From Sarcina sp. (lineage in GTDB: Bacteria > Bacillota > Clostridia > Clostridiales > Clostridiaceae): a stretch of 64,000 nucleotides of DNA. The stretch is from NCBI GenBank assembly GCA_051656625.1, contig JBOGCG010000057.1, positions 3,387 to 67,386 of the forward strand, read 5' to 3'. Shown here one piece after another: positions 1-10,363 of the stretch (its first letter is position 1; each line of letters begins with the position of its first letter). The notes below the pieces were generated by a model that was not told the DNA's origin, ran no database searches, and saw only the letters and a program-made list of their open reading frames with translations. Position numbers and translations under genes: made by a program.

Positions 1-367
1 AGTTAGCTCTTTTCTTAACTTCATCTGAAAGCCCTAAGCTTCCTCCTATAAGAAATACTATATTTGAGTTTCCTGTTACTGCACAGTTTTCTATTTCTCT
101 TGAGAATTGCTCTGAAGTTATTTCTTTTCCACCTAAGTCCATTGCTATAACATAGGCATTTTCTTTTATTTTAGAAAGGATTAGTTGTCCTTCCTTCTCT
201 TTAATTATAAGTTCCTCTTTCTCTGAAGCATTATCTGGAGTTTTCTCATCTGGTAATTCCACAATAGTAAGCTTACAGTATCTAGTTAATCTTTTTGAAT
301 ACTCATTAATAGCATCCTTTAAATATTTCTCCTTAAGCTTTCCTACTGATATAACTGTTATGTTCAT
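1..367 (-). CDS. rlmH: 23S rRNA (pseudouridine1915-N3)-methyltransferase RlmH, 3' end outside window
   Basis: Manual translation MNITVISVGKLKEKYLKDAINEYSKRL...FLIGGSLGL; SD AAGGAG upstream; missing from the ORF track. Confidence 0.93.
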   Translation of the reverse strand, partial: MNITVISVGKLKEKYLKDAINEYSKRLTRYCKLTIVELPDEKTPDNASEKEELIIKEKEGQLILSKIKENAYVIAMDLGGKEITSEQFSREIENCAVTGNSNIVFLIGGSLGLSDEVKKRAN

Positions 368-504
368 ATCTATCTCCTTTATCCTAATCTATATAAATTT
401 CAATTTAAACTCTCTAATTATCATTTTTTAATTTTAAGGCATCTATAATTATAACTCAAAAAAGAACTTAAAGCATAAAAAAAAGGGCTTAAAGCCCTTT
501 AAAA

Positions 505-945
505 CTAATTTCCTGGTAATTCTGTTAATTGTCCTTGTGAATTAACCTTTAATTTATATGCTTTGGCATTAATTATATCCTGTAACTGTGCCATTGTTGG
601 GTCTAATCCATCACCTGTTAATAATGTAGCTTCTGAATTATTATCCATTTGTCCTGACATAAATAGGGCATTAACTGCCACTGTTACTGGTAACTCTTGA
701 AATTGCTCTGTTGTAATAACTTGACCATTTGCCACTAAAGTTCCTGTTTTAACATTGGCTTCTGCTGAGTTATAAACATTTGCTGCTTCATTTTGCACCG
801 CTGTCTGTGCAGATGTTGCTGTTGTAGCATTACCCCATATTGCCGGAATTACAAAAGCTAAAATAATTAAAATACCTACTATAATTACTATTTTTATTCC
901 TTTGGAACTTGCTTGCCTTACGTTTCCATTAGATTTATTGTCCAC
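505..945 (-). CDS. Hypothetical N-terminally membrane-anchored protein, weakly pilin-like
   Basis: GTG start with AGGAGG; one hydrophobic helix after KG; terminator hairpin at 483-501. Confidence 0.6.
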   Translation of the reverse strand: MDNKSNGNVRQASSKGIKIVIIVGILIILAFVIPAIWGNATTATSAQTAVQNEAANVYNSAEANVKTGTLVANGQVITTEQFQELPVTVAVNALFMSGQMDNNSEATLLTGDGLDPTMAQLQDIINAKAYKLKVNSQGQLTELPGN

Positions 946-1230
946 AGACTATATCCTCCTGTTTCACCTAATATATTCTTATTGTCTAATTATTATAATA
1001 TGTTACTTTTAAACTATCAACCATATTATAATATTACTTCCTTTTCACTTAAAATTTTACAAAAATAACTTTATTTTTTTAATAATATCTAATTTATTTA
1101 GCTAAATTTCTATAATTAGCTTTATTAAATTTAATTTATTTAAAACTCTCTAACTTTTTTCTTTGTTAATTTAACTAAAAAATAAGTAGACCAATGGTCT
1201 ACTTATCTTTTATTACCTATGTTAAGTGAA

Positions 1231-1725
1231 TTATTTTCCACAACATTTTTTATATTTTTTTCCGCTTCCACATGGGCAAGGATCATTTCTTCCAACTTTA
1301 GCTTCTTTAACTATAGTTTTTGATTTTTTGTAAGCAGTCTCTATTTCAGCTCTCTTTTCTGCTGAGAAGATTCCTTCCCATTGTGGTAACTCATATAAGT
1401 ATTCTGCTTTAGCATCTAACATATTGAAGTATAGTTGCTCAAAATCAACATCTAAAGCTAATTTAGTTGTTCCTTCGATTGCTTCTAAGTCATAAGGAGT
1501 TTTTAAACTATCGTTGATACCATCAACAAATCCCATTATGAACTCTACGCTTGCATTGTATTCTTTAGCTAACTCATCAATTGTAGCTTCTTTAACTTCT
1601 TTTGAAGCTAATATATCTTTATATATTCTAGTCTCTATATCGCTATATTCAGCCCAAAATGCATCTTCACCTTTAGTTTTAACATATTCAACTACCATAT
1701 CTGTCCATTGCTTGTATAAACTCAT
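1231..1725 (-). CDS. SEC-C metal-binding domain protein
   Basis: C-terminal [18 protein letters not shown]; start moved to MSLYK after a GAGGA SD. Confidence 0.9.
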   Translation of the reverse strand: MSLYKQWTDMVVEYVKTKGEDAFWAEYSDIETRIYKDILASKEVKEATIDELAKEYNASVEFIMGFVDGINDSLKTPYDLEAIEGTTKLALDVDFEQLYFNMLDAKAEYLYELPQWEGIFSAEKRAEIETAYKKSKTIVKEAKVGRNDPCPCGSGKKYKKCCGK

Positions 1726-1806
1726 TTTTAAATCTTCCTCTCTCAAAAAAAAATCTTACTTTGATTATAATAATATAATCCTATATTTTCAATATTTTAC
1801 TTAAAT

Positions 1807-1962
1807 CTATTTTACTTCATATTTTGAAGGTTCATCACAAAAACTACATTTCTCTTTATGACTTTCCATTAAGTCTGGTGATTTTTCATGTTCGGTTATA
1901 TATTCATCCATTGCCATATCTATATGTTCCATGCATGAAAATATTTTTTCATTTGATTCCAT
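1807..1962 (-). CDS. Small CxxH/CxxC protein (YyzF/BA_5709-like), 51 aa
   Basis: Manual translation MESNEKIFSCMEHIDMAMDEY...KCSFCDEPSKYEVK; GGGAGG SD; usual position between walJ and rlmH. Confidence 0.85.
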   Translation of the reverse strand: MESNEKIFSCMEHIDMAMDEYITEHEKSPDLMESHKEKCSFCDEPSKYEVK

Positions 1963-1996
1963 ATATGTATCCTCCCATTTAACAAAACTTTGTTAT

Positions 1997-2788
1997 TTAG
2001 ATTTTAATGAAATTACTTGGGTTATTACGCTGTGCAACTATAAGTTTAAGATCCTTATCTAAAACAAGTCCCTCTTCTTCTAATATGTTGCTAACTGCTT
2101 TATGTGCAAGCTCTGGTACATTATTAGTATTACTTAAGTGTCCTAAAATTATGTTTTTAAACTTATTATCTTCCATAATCTGAACTATAGCATTTCCACA
2201 ATCCTCATTACATAAATGTCCTCTTTCACTTAAAACCCTTCGTTTCAAGTCATAAGGATATGGCCCAAACTTAAGCATCTCTACATCATGATTAGCTTCT
2301 ATCAATATAATTTCTGAATCAACAATATTTTGTCTTATCTCCTCAGTAAAAGTCCCAATATCAGTGACTATACTAGCACTTTTTCCATCCGCCTTAACTG
2401 TATATCCCATTGAGGATATAGAATCATGTGGAGTGTTAAAAGCTTGTATCTCTAAATCATCAATATTTACTAATGACCTTTTTTCCATTATCTTAATATT
2501 TTTAGGATTTATCTTTCCTAAATTCTTTTCCATTGCTTCCCAAGTTAACTCATTGGCATATATAGGTATATCAAATTTCCTTGATATTATTCCTGCACCT
2601 TTAATATGGTCTATATGTTCATGGGTTATGAAAATTCCTTTTATTAGTTTAGGATTTTCTTCTATTAAATCTAATGCCTCTAAAATTTTCTTTCCAGATA
2701 ACCCAGCATCGATTAATACTCGACTCTCCTCTGAACCAACTAATATACTATTTCCACTACTTCCACTATATAATGAACAAAAAATCAT
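1997..2788 (-). CDS. walJ: MBL-fold hydrolase YycJ/WalJ family
   Basis: SGSSGN, THEHIDH, HLSNTNN motifs. Confidence 0.85.
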   Translation of the reverse strand: MIFCSLYSGSSGNSILVGSEESRVLIDAGLSGKKILEALDLIEENPKLIKGIFITHEHIDHIKGAGIISRKFDIPIYANELTWEAMEKNLGKINPKNIKIMEKRSLVNIDDLEIQAFNTPHDSISSMGYTVKADGKSASIVTDIGTFTEEIRQNIVDSEIILIEANHDVEMLKFGPYPYDLKRRVLSERGHLCNEDCGNAIVQIMEDNKFKNIILGHLSNTNNVPELAHKAVSNILEEEGLVLDKDLKLIVAQRNNPSNFIKI

Positions 2789-2809
2789 GCCTCTCTCAAC
2801 CCCAATATA

Positions 2810-4066
2810 TTAACTTCTTCTCTCTATTTTAGCTCCTAGTTTATTGAATTTATCTTCAATATGAGGATATCCTCTATCTATATGCTCTATATCAGTTATT
2901 TCTGTTTCGCCTTCAGCTACAAGTCCAGCTATAACCATTGCTGCTCCAGCTCTTAAGTCAGTAGCAACTACAGAAGCTCCTTTTAACTTTTCTACTCCAG
3001 TAATATGAGCTATTGTTCCTTCAACTTCTATGTTAGCACCCATTTTTATTAACTCACTAGCGTGCTTTTGTCTAGTTTCCCAAATGCTTTCAACTATTGC
3101 ACTTTTACCTTCTACAACAGTTAATAAAGCTGCCATTGGTTGTTGTACATCTGTTGGGAATCCTGGGTATGGTGCAGTTTTGATATTAACACCTTTTATT
3201 GGTCCATCAACATATACTCTTACAGTATCATCGCCTTCTTCAACTTTAACGCCCATTTCCATAAGCTTAGCTGAAATTGACTCTAAGTGTTTTGGTATAA
3301 CATTAGTTAATGTTACATCTCCTCTTGTAGCAGCAGCTGCTATCATGAATGTTCCTGCTTCTATTTGATCTGGAACAACACTGTAGTTACATCCTACAAG
3401 TTCTTTAACACCTTTAACTCTTATAACATCTGTTCCTGCGCCTTTTATGTTAGCACCCATTGAATTTAAGAAGTTAGCTACATCAACAACATGTGGTTCT
3501 CTAGCTACATTCTCTAATATAGTTGTACCTTCTGCAAGTGTTGCAGCTATCATAACATTTATAGTTGCTCCTACACTTACAACATCAAAGAAGATATTTG
3601 CTCCAACTAATTTTTCTGCTTCTACTTCTACAGCTCCATCTTTTATAACAACATGAGCTCCTAAAGCTTCGAAACCTTTTATATGTTGATCTATTGGTCT
3701 AGCACCAATTGGACATCCTCCTGGAAGTTCAACTCTAGCTTTTTTAAATCTAGCTAATAATGATCCTATAAAATAATAAGAAGCTCTCATTCTTCTTACA
3801 TCTTCAGTACAGGCATTTGTGCTAGTTATATTTTCTGAATCTATTTCTAATGTATTTGTTCCTAATTTTTCGACATTAGCACCTAAACTTTTTAATATTC
3901 TCTCATGACAATGTATATCCTCTATATCAGGTACATTATCTATTACACATTTTCCTTTGCTCGCTAATATTGCAGCTGGTAATATTGCCACTGCTGCATT
4001 TTTTGCTCCATTTATTTCTACAAGCCCATTAAGAGCATTGCCTCCTCTAACGATTAATCTTTCCAT
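2810..4066 (-). CDS. murA: UDP-N-acetylglucosamine 1-carboxyvinyltransferase
   Basis: [26 protein letters not shown] motifs. Confidence 0.95.
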   Translation of the reverse strand: MERLIVRGGNALNGLVEINGAKNAAVAILPAAILASKGKCVIDNVPDIEDIHCHERILKSLGANVEKLGTNTLEIDSENITSTNACTEDVRRMRASYYFIGSLLARFKKARVELPGGCPIGARPIDQHIKGFEALGAHVVIKDGAVEVEAEKLVGANIFFDVVSVGATINVMIAATLAEGTTILENVAREPHVVDVANFLNSMGANIKGAGTDVIRVKGVKELVGCNYSVVPDQIEAGTFMIAAAATRGDVTLTNVIPKHLESISAKLMEMGVKVEEGDDTVRVYVDGPIKGVNIKTAPYPGFPTDVQQPMAALLTVVEGKSAIVESIWETRQKHASELIKMGANIEVEGTIAHITGVEKLKGASVVATDLRAGAAMVIAGLVAEGETEITDIEHIDRGYPHIEDKFNKLGAKIERRS

Positions 4067-4432
4067 CCATTTCACCCTTACTATCTATAAATTTTATAAA
4101 ATAGTTCCTATATATATATCATTTTCCATTTATTTCTTTTTTATTCTTATCGAATTAGATTTCATTAAAATATCTTTTATATTTTAAGCTAATATTATAG
4201 TGATTACAACAAATTTTCATAACCACCCATGTATACCATTATAACAATAATAGGTCAAGATTAAAAGCAATTTTTTATTAGAAAAGTGGAACAATTTTTG
4301 TTAAATTAAAAAATACTTAGGAAACTTTTTAAATTTTTTTCCTTATCATCTTTAATTTGTTTTATAGATTGTTAATATGTTATAATTTAATAATAAATGG
4401 TATTTAAAGTTTAATTTAAGTGAGGTTTAAGA

Positions 4433-4966
4433 ATGAAGTATTATTTAGTGGCATTGTTTGATGAAAATTCAAATGAACAAATTGCTCCTATGAAACGTGA
4501 TTTATCTAGAAAATACAGATTACCAAGACAACAACTTTGTTCACACATAGTTTTAAAAACCTTTGATAGTCCAAATCTTGAAAAGTTAGATGAGGTATTG
4601 TGTAAAATATTCAAACCTTATAAAAAGTTTAAAGTGGAGCTAACTGGAGATATATTTTCTTATGAAAACGCTACTAAGAGCATGAATCTAAAAATTGAAA
4701 ATAAGGGTTATATAAAAAAAATCTCTAGATCATTAAATGATATGTTAAAATTACATGGCTTTAACATAAGAGATGACAGAAACCAACTTTCAATTTCAAT
4801 AACCAATGGTTTTATCAATAAAGATTCAAAACGAGATTTTAATAACAATATGATTGTTAAAGGTACTCATAAATTTGAGACAATGAAAATAGATAAAATA
4901 GAACTTTGGAAGATAGCAAACAAAAAAGAAACGGTTGTTAAAAGTTATAATTTACGTACTTACTAA
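4433..4966 (+). CDS. 2H-phosphoesterase / 2'-5' RNA ligase-like protein (degenerate motifs)
   Basis: Layout YYLVALF...HIVL...F.V.L...I.LW resembles the 2H fold. Confidence 0.5.
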   Translation: MKYYLVALFDENSNEQIAPMKRDLSRKYRLPRQQLCSHIVLKTFDSPNLEKLDEVLCKIFKPYKKFKVELTGDIFSYENATKSMNLKIENKGYIKKISRSLNDMLKLHGFNIRDDRNQLSISITNGFINKDSKRDFNNNMIVKGTHKFETMKIDKIELWKIANKKETVVKSYNLRTY

Positions 4967-5211
4967 AAAAAACGACATTTTTTGTCGTTTTTTTCTTTTT
5001 AAAGTTGTTTTTTTGAACTATAGTAAAAATATATAGCGATTTTTTAGATTATTATTTTAATTTAACTTTTTCTGTCACTAGTTAGGAGATAAAAACTGGT
5101 ATTTATTTTTTATGTATTCGTTTTCTAACCTTTTATTTTTTCTGATTTTTGTTTAAAATAATATCTTAGAGGATGATTTATTTTTTAAAAATAGATAGGG
5201 GGATCTGCTAA

Positions 5212-5691
5212 ATGAAGTTAGATTACTTTTTTACTTATCAAAAACAACTTAATCATAAAATCTTATTAGATGAAAATTTAAACGATTATAAGATGACTGC
5301 TAGGATGCATCTTGCATTACAGGTAAACATTAGCGAACTTGCTAATCAAACTAAATGTTTCGTCTACTGGAATGAAAGTCCTTCATCTCCTAACATGGAT
5401 ATTATTTTAGATAAATATATACATTGTTTAAATCATATATTTACTATAGGACTTGATAGAGGTTATACAGATATTGAAGAGATTCCAATGGAACAAAGTT
5501 CTCTTTGTTTAAGTGATCAATTCTTGAATTTATTTGTTGACATCAATGATTTACGTACTTCGCCATCAATAGATCACTATATAACTCTATTAGAAGACTT
5601 TTTCAAATTAGGCTTTAGCCTTGGTCTTTCAGTTGAAACAATAAAAGAAAACTTCTTTAATAAAGATGTATTTAATGTAGCTCTATCTTAA
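5212..5691 (+). CDS. Dimeric (all-alpha) dUTPase-like protein
   Basis: LALQVNISELANQTKCFVYW resembles ALxVExGELANETRCFKYW. Confidence 0.7.
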   Translation: MKLDYFFTYQKQLNHKILLDENLNDYKMTARMHLALQVNISELANQTKCFVYWNESPSSPNMDIILDKYIHCLNHIFTIGLDRGYTDIEEIPMEQSSLCLSDQFLNLFVDINDLRTSPSIDHYITLLEDFFKLGFSLGLSVETIKENFFNKDVFNVALS

Positions 5692-5790
5692 AAATAGAGC
5701 TTTTTTTATGCTCTTTATTACCTAGCTTTTTATATCACAAAAAAAATCCTACTCATATAATATATAGAAAGTACTATAGGAGTTAATTTT

Positions 5791-6981
5791 ATGTTTTTAA
5801 TTGAAAAAAAGCTTTCTCCAGATTTAAAACTTTTATTAAAAAAAGATTTTCATACATCCTATAGAGTAATTATTGAATTAAAAAATAAAAATATATCCAT
5901 TGATGATATTATAAAAAGATTAAAAGGGACAACAATAAGTAAATCTCCCTCTATTGGAGTTTTGTCAGCAGAACTTTCACCCTTTGCCCTTAGAAGATTG
6001 ATTGAATATCCTGAAATAGCTTTAGTTTCTTTAGATGAGCCCTGTTTTCTATGTGGTTTAAGCTTAACCACTGCTAATAAAAACTCTTTCAAGCAATTTT
6101 CTAATTTAACAGGAAAGGGTATAAAGATAGCTTTAGTTGATAGTGGTGTTTTTCCACATCCTGATTTATTGATGCCCTCTAATAAAATATTAGAATTTCA
6201 AGATTTATTAAATAATTATAATCACCCTTATGATGATAACGGACATGGTACTGCTTTAGCTTCTATACTTTGTGGAAGTGGTGTTAGTTCTAAGTTCCTT
6301 TATAAAGGTGTTGCTGAAAATGCAAGCTTAATTGTCTATAAAGCTTTTAATAAACTTGGTCGAGGTTATCTTTCCGATATTTTATCTGCCCTAGATTCTA
6401 TAATTACTAAATGTAGAGAAGATAGTTCTATAAAATTAGTTCTACTTCCCTTTGAAAATTTTTCTACTAACTTCAAACATATAAAATATTTTGAGACTCT
6501 TTTAAAAGAACTTATTCTTTTAGGTGCTACTCCAATAATGCCTATTGGTAGCAATAGAAATAATTCTAACGAAATTCTAGGACTTGCTTTAAATAATAGT
6601 AGTCTTTTAGTTGGGGGCTTAAAATCTTCTTCCTTTGATAAAAATTATGAATTTTCTTCTGGCGGTTCAAAAAAGCATCACCCTTTAGTCTCTTTTTGTT
6701 GCACAGATATAGTATCCGCTAATTTAGATTGCAATTATATTTCAGAAAGAAATTCTATAAAAATTTATCCACCAAAATTAAAGGAAAGTTATAAAACTAT
6801 TTCTGGAACTTCTGTAGCATCTGCTTATCTCTGTGCTCTTTGTGCTTTAGTTTTAGAGAAATATCCAAACTATACCTTTAATGATTTGAAATCTAAAATT
6901 GAGCTTTCCTTATTACCTAATGAGGATTGTCCTAAAGACCTAGGAGTTGAAACCCTTAATGTTGCTGATTTTTTAAAATAG
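5791..6981 (+). CDS. S8 subtilisin-family serine peptidase (AprX-like, no signal peptide)
   Basis: VDSG, DNGHGT, SGTS triad motifs. Confidence 0.85.
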   Translation: MFLIEKKLSPDLKLLLKKDFHTSYRVIIELKNKNISIDDIIKRLKGTTISKSPSIGVLSAELSPFALRRLIEYPEIALVSLDEPCFLCGLSLTTANKNSFKQFSNLTGKGIKIALVDSGVFPHPDLLMPSNKILEFQDLLNNYNHPYDDNGHGTALASILCGSGVSSKFLYKGVAENASLIVYKAFNKLGRGYLSDILSALDSIITKCREDSSIKLVLLPFENFSTNFKHIKYFETLLKELILLGATPIMPIGSNRNNSNEILGLALNNSSLLVGGLKSSSFDKNYEFSSGGSKKHHPLVSFCCTDIVSANLDCNYISERNSIKIYPPKLKESYKTISGTSVASAYLCALCALVLEKYPNYTFNDLKSKIELSLLPNEDCPKDLGVETLNVADFLK

Positions 6982-7318
6982 TATTTTACTGCTAAGGTAG
7001 CTATGTTTAATTTAAAACTTCATTTCTATTTTTCACTTTTTTCATAGCTATCTCTAAAGCAGTTTTTTATTTTATATTTTTTTAAAAGGGCTATTTAAAT
7101 CACTTTCTAAAAAGCTTATAATTTTTAATGTACTTTATTTCTATAAATTGTTATTTTTATTAATAATTTTTTCCTTATTTCACATAATAATGTTTGTTGA
7201 GTGTTAAATTTCTCTTTGATATAATGAAACAAGACAGTAAACAGGTGAACATAAAAATATAAGTGCAATTAATTTTTGCATTTAAAATATAAATTTTAAG
7301 AAAGGTAACAAAAAAATT

Positions 7319-8302
7319 ATGAGTTCTTTTTTGTTAAACAACTCTGGTCTTGATTTTACTCCTATAAATAATATTTTTATAGATAAGTATATGACCAAAG
7401 CTAGAGGTGAATTTGTAAAAGTTTATATACTTTTACTAAAGCGTAGTATCAATGGTGAACATGGCGTAAGTTCATCTATCCTTGCTGCTAGCCTTAATTT
7501 GCTAGAATCAGAGGTAGATAGTGCATTGAAATATTGGAATGATGAAGGAGTAATTAAATTAACTCCTATTGATAAAATGAATAATTTCAAATTAGAATTT
7601 GTTAATTTATCAGATACTGAAGAATTAAAAAGTGATAAATTAGATCTTTTAAGTGCTTTAGATAAAAAGAATACTAAAGAAATGCTTAAAGAAATTGAGC
7701 TACTTCTTGGTAGAACTCTTTCTTCTAAAGAAATGATTACTTATTTATCCTGGGAAAGTGAACTTAATTTTTCTTTAGAATTAATTTTATTCCTTATAGA
7801 ATATTGTGTTTCTAAAAATAAAAAAAGTGCTAGTTACATAGAAAAAGTTGCTTTAGCTTGGCATGATGCAGGAATAAAAACTATTGAGGATGCTAATAAG
7901 CAAATCGCTAATTCAGAAGATAAATGGGTTAAAATAAGATCAATATTAAATTACTTAGGTATAAAAAATAATGAAATAATGAAACCTCAACAGGATATGA
8001 TTGAAAAATGGCTTTTTGAATATAATTTTTCTGTTGACGTTGTTTTCAGAGCTTGTAAAATATGTTCTGATAAATTAAATAGAGCCGATTTAAAATATAT
8101 TGATGGTATATTAAATAAATGGAGAGAATCAGGCTTTAAAACAATTGAAGATATAACTGCTAAAGATTCTATTAAAAAACCTAGAACTAAAGCAAAATCT
8201 CCAAAACCATCAACAGGTAAAACTCTAAGATTTACTAATTATGATCAAAGAGATTATGATTATGATGCTTTAGAGAATGAATTATTAGGATGGGATAATT
8301 AA
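7319..8302 (+). CDS. DnaD/DnaB-domain replication protein
   Basis: Two DnaD-type motifs, YIEKVALAW and YIDGILNKW. Confidence 0.85.
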   Translation: MSSFLLNNSGLDFTPINNIFIDKYMTKARGEFVKVYILLLKRSINGEHGVSSSILAASLNLLESEVDSALKYWNDEGVIKLTPIDKMNNFKLEFVNLSDTEELKSDKLDLLSALDKKNTKEMLKEIELLLGRTLSSKEMITYLSWESELNFSLELILFLIEYCVSKNKKSASYIEKVALAWHDAGIKTIEDANKQIANSEDKWVKIRSILNYLGIKNNEIMKPQQDMIEKWLFEYNFSVDVVFRACKICSDKLNRADLKYIDGILNKWRESGFKTIEDITAKDSIKKPRTKAKSPKPSTGKTLRFTNYDQRDYDYDALENELLGWDN

Positions 8303-9304
8303 ATGATAAAAGGTTATAAGGCTGAGTTAATGGATCATTACGAAAAAATACGTAAATCCGAAAAAGATAAATTAAATAAAAGAATAAAAGAAATAGATGA
8401 AAAATATCCTTCAATACTAAGAATGGATAATGAAATAGGTAGACTTTCTGCAAAGCTTTCTATAACTGCTATAAAAAAATCTCCTGATAGAGATAAAGAG
8501 TTATTGCGTTTAAAAGATAGTATCGAAAATCTTAGAACAGAAAAATATGAAGCTTTAGTTGCCAATGGTTATCCAATGGATTATCTATCTCTTCATTACA
8601 ATTGTAAAAAATGTAAGGATACAGGTTATGTAGGTATCAATAAATGTAGTTGTTACAATAAAAATTTAGTTGATATTTATTATAAAAAATCTGAAATTGA
8701 AAAACTATTAAAATCTAATAATTTTAGTAGCTTTGATTTTGATTGTTTTAGAAAGATTCCTAAAGATTCCGAAACAATGTCTCCTTATGAAAATATGCAA
8801 AGAAACTTTGATAATATACAGACTTCTTATTTATCAAATTTTGAAAATCATAATATTAATTTATTATTTTTTGGGAAACCAGGGACAGGTAAATCTTTCT
8901 TATCCCATTGCATAGCTAAGGATTTAATGGATAAAGGATTTTTAGTTGTTTATAAAACAGCTAATGAACTATTAAGAAATCTTAATGAGATACGTTTTAA
9001 TAAGGATAGAGAAAAGTTTAAAGACCTTGAAAATCTTTTATTAGAATGTGATTTATTAATTATAGATGATTTAGGAACTGAAAATATAAGTGATTATAGC
9101 TTATCTGAACTTTTCACTTTCCTTAATGCAAAACTTTTAAAGAATAAAAAGATGTTAATATCAACTAATTTCTCAATTTCCGACTTAACAGCTAATTATG
9201 ATGAACGTATAAGCTCTCGTTTAATAGGTAACTTCACTCCTATTAAATTCTTCGGAGATGATATTAGAATAGCATTAAAAACAAGAAGAAAAAGAACACA
9301 TTAA
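8303..9304 (+). CDS. DnaC/DnaI-type helicase loader ATPase
   Basis: CKKCKDTG...CSC zinc motif, GKPGTGKS, LLIIDDLGTE, RISSRL. Confidence 0.88.
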   Translation: MIKGYKAELMDHYEKIRKSEKDKLNKRIKEIDEKYPSILRMDNEIGRLSAKLSITAIKKSPDRDKELLRLKDSIENLRTEKYEALVANGYPMDYLSLHYNCKKCKDTGYVGINKCSCYNKNLVDIYYKKSEIEKLLKSNNFSSFDFDCFRKIPKDSETMSPYENMQRNFDNIQTSYLSNFENHNINLLFFGKPGTGKSFLSHCIAKDLMDKGFLVVYKTANELLRNLNEIRFNKDREKFKDLENLLLECDLLIIDDLGTENISDYSLSELFTFLNAKLLKNKKMLISTNFSISDLTANYDERISSRLIGNFTPIKFFGDDIRIALKTRRKRTH

Positions 9305-9348
9305 TTTGTGTTCTTTTTTATGTGAAAATTTATTTTTTACAATAAAAA

Positions 9349-9374
9349 AAGTCTTCAATATAAATTGAAGACTT
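9349..9374 (-). terminator. Intrinsic terminator of tRNA operon
   Basis: aagtcttcaat/attgaagactt stem followed by a T-run on the minus strand. Confidence 0.75.
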
Positions 9375-9451
9375 TGGCGACTCAGAAGGGGTTCGAACCC
9401 TCGACCCCCGGCGTGACAGGCCGGTACTCTAACCAGCTGAGCTACTGAGCC
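9375..9451 (-). tRNA. tRNA-Asp(GTC)
   Basis: GGCTCAGTAGCTCAG...CTGTCAC...TTCGAA...CCA. Confidence 0.97.
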
Positions 9452-9460
9452 ATAAAAAAA

Positions 9461-9536
9461 TGGTGGTCGCAACAGGGATCGAACCTGTGACCCCCTGCTT
9501 GTAAGGCAGGTGCTCTCCCAGCTGAGCTATGCGACC
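9461..9536 (-). tRNA. tRNA-Val(TAC)
   Basis: GGTCGCATAGCTCAG...CTTACAA...CCA. Confidence 0.97.
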
Positions 9537-9554
9537 ATAGATATTAAATTTAAA

Positions 9555-9629
9555 TGGTGACCCCTAGGGGAATCGAACCCCTGTTACCACCGTGAAAGGG
9601 TGGTGTCTTAACCGCTTGACCAAGGGGCC
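9555..9629 (-). tRNA. tRNA-Glu(TTC)
   Basis: GGCCCCTTGGTCAAG...CTTTCAC...CCA. Confidence 0.97.
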
Positions 9630-9667
9630 ATAGGTTTAATATCTTAACATTATTAAATTAAAAAAAA

Positions 9668-9743
9668 TGGAGCTGACAATCGGAATCGAACCGATAACCT
9701 GCTGATTACAAGTCAGCTGCTCTGCCAATTGAGCCATGTCAGC
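9668..9743 (-). tRNA. tRNA-Thr(TGT)
   Basis: GCTGACATGGCTCAA...CTTGTAA...CCA. Confidence 0.97.
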
Positions 9744-9748
9744 AAAAA

Positions 9749-9825
9749 TGGCGACTCAGAAGGGGTTCGAACCCTCGACCCCCGGCGTGACAGGCCGGTA
9801 CTCTAACCAGCTGAGCTACTGAGCC
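9749..9825 (-). tRNA. tRNA-Asp(GTC)
   Basis: Same sequence as 9375-9451. Confidence 0.97.
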
Positions 9826-9830
9826 ACTAA

Positions 9831-9906
9831 TGGTGGTCGCAACAGGGATCGAACCTGTGACCCCCTGCTTGTAAGGCAGGTGCTCTCCCAGCTGAGCTAT
9901 GCGACC
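9831..9906 (-). tRNA. tRNA-Val(TAC)
   Basis: Same sequence as 9461-9536. Confidence 0.97.
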
Positions 9907-9931
9907 GTAATATTAAATTTAAAAAATTAAA

Positions 9932-10006
9932 TGGTGACCCCTAGGGGAATCGAACCCCTGTTACCACCGTGAAAGGGTGGTGTCTTAACCGCTTGACCAA
10001 GGGGCC
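9932..10006 (-). tRNA. tRNA-Glu(TTC)
   Basis: Same sequence as 9555-9629. Confidence 0.97.
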
Positions 10007-10013
10007 ATAAAAA

Positions 10014-10090
10014 TGGCGACTCAGAAGGGATTCGAACCCTCGACCCCCGGCGTGACAGGCCGGTACTCTAACCAACTGAGCTACTGAGCC
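10014..10090 (-). tRNA. tRNA-Asp(GTC), variant
   Basis: Two loop substitutions relative to the other two Asp copies. Confidence 0.97.
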
Positions 10091-10096
10091 AATATG

Positions 10097-10172
10097 TGGT
10101 GGTCGCAACAGGGATCGAACCTGTGACCCCCTGCTTGTAAGGCAGGTGCTCTCCCAGCTGAGCTATGCGACC
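10097..10172 (-). tRNA. tRNA-Val(TAC)
   Basis: Same sequence as the other Val copies. Confidence 0.97.
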
Positions 10173-10176
10173 ATGT

Positions 10177-10251
10177 TGGTGACCCCTAGGGGAATCGAAC
10201 CCCTGTTACCACCGTGAAAGGGTGGTGTCTTAACCGCTTGACCAAGGGGCC
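10177..10251 (-). tRNA. tRNA-Glu(TTC)
   Basis: Same sequence as the other Glu copies. Confidence 0.97.
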
Positions 10252-10334
10252 ATATAGCTTACTTTCCACATATCATTTTATTTTTCTTGGTTTTAATTTT
10301 TTGTTGTTTCGTCGCTCACGACTTAACATAGACT

Positions 10335-10363
10335 ATAATACAGAAATTCGCTTAAAGTGTCAA
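10335..10363 (-). promoter_or_regulatory. sigma-A promoter of tRNA operon
   Basis: TTGACA-17-TATTAT with an A-rich UP element. Confidence 0.8.

Noticed and set aside
1-367. rlmH (orfX) as an integration hotspot for SCC-like islands
   Set aside because: The attB lies at the rlmH 3' end, outside the window; no recombinase is seen here
9275-9472. ORF-track 65-aa ORF (also 10214-10396 and 10357-10539)
   Set aside because: They overlap tRNA genes or the tRNA promoter and are spurious
9375-10251. Regularly repeated GC-rich units resembling a CRISPR array
   Set aside because: The units are 75-77-nt tRNA cloverleaves ending in CCA; no cas genes are present
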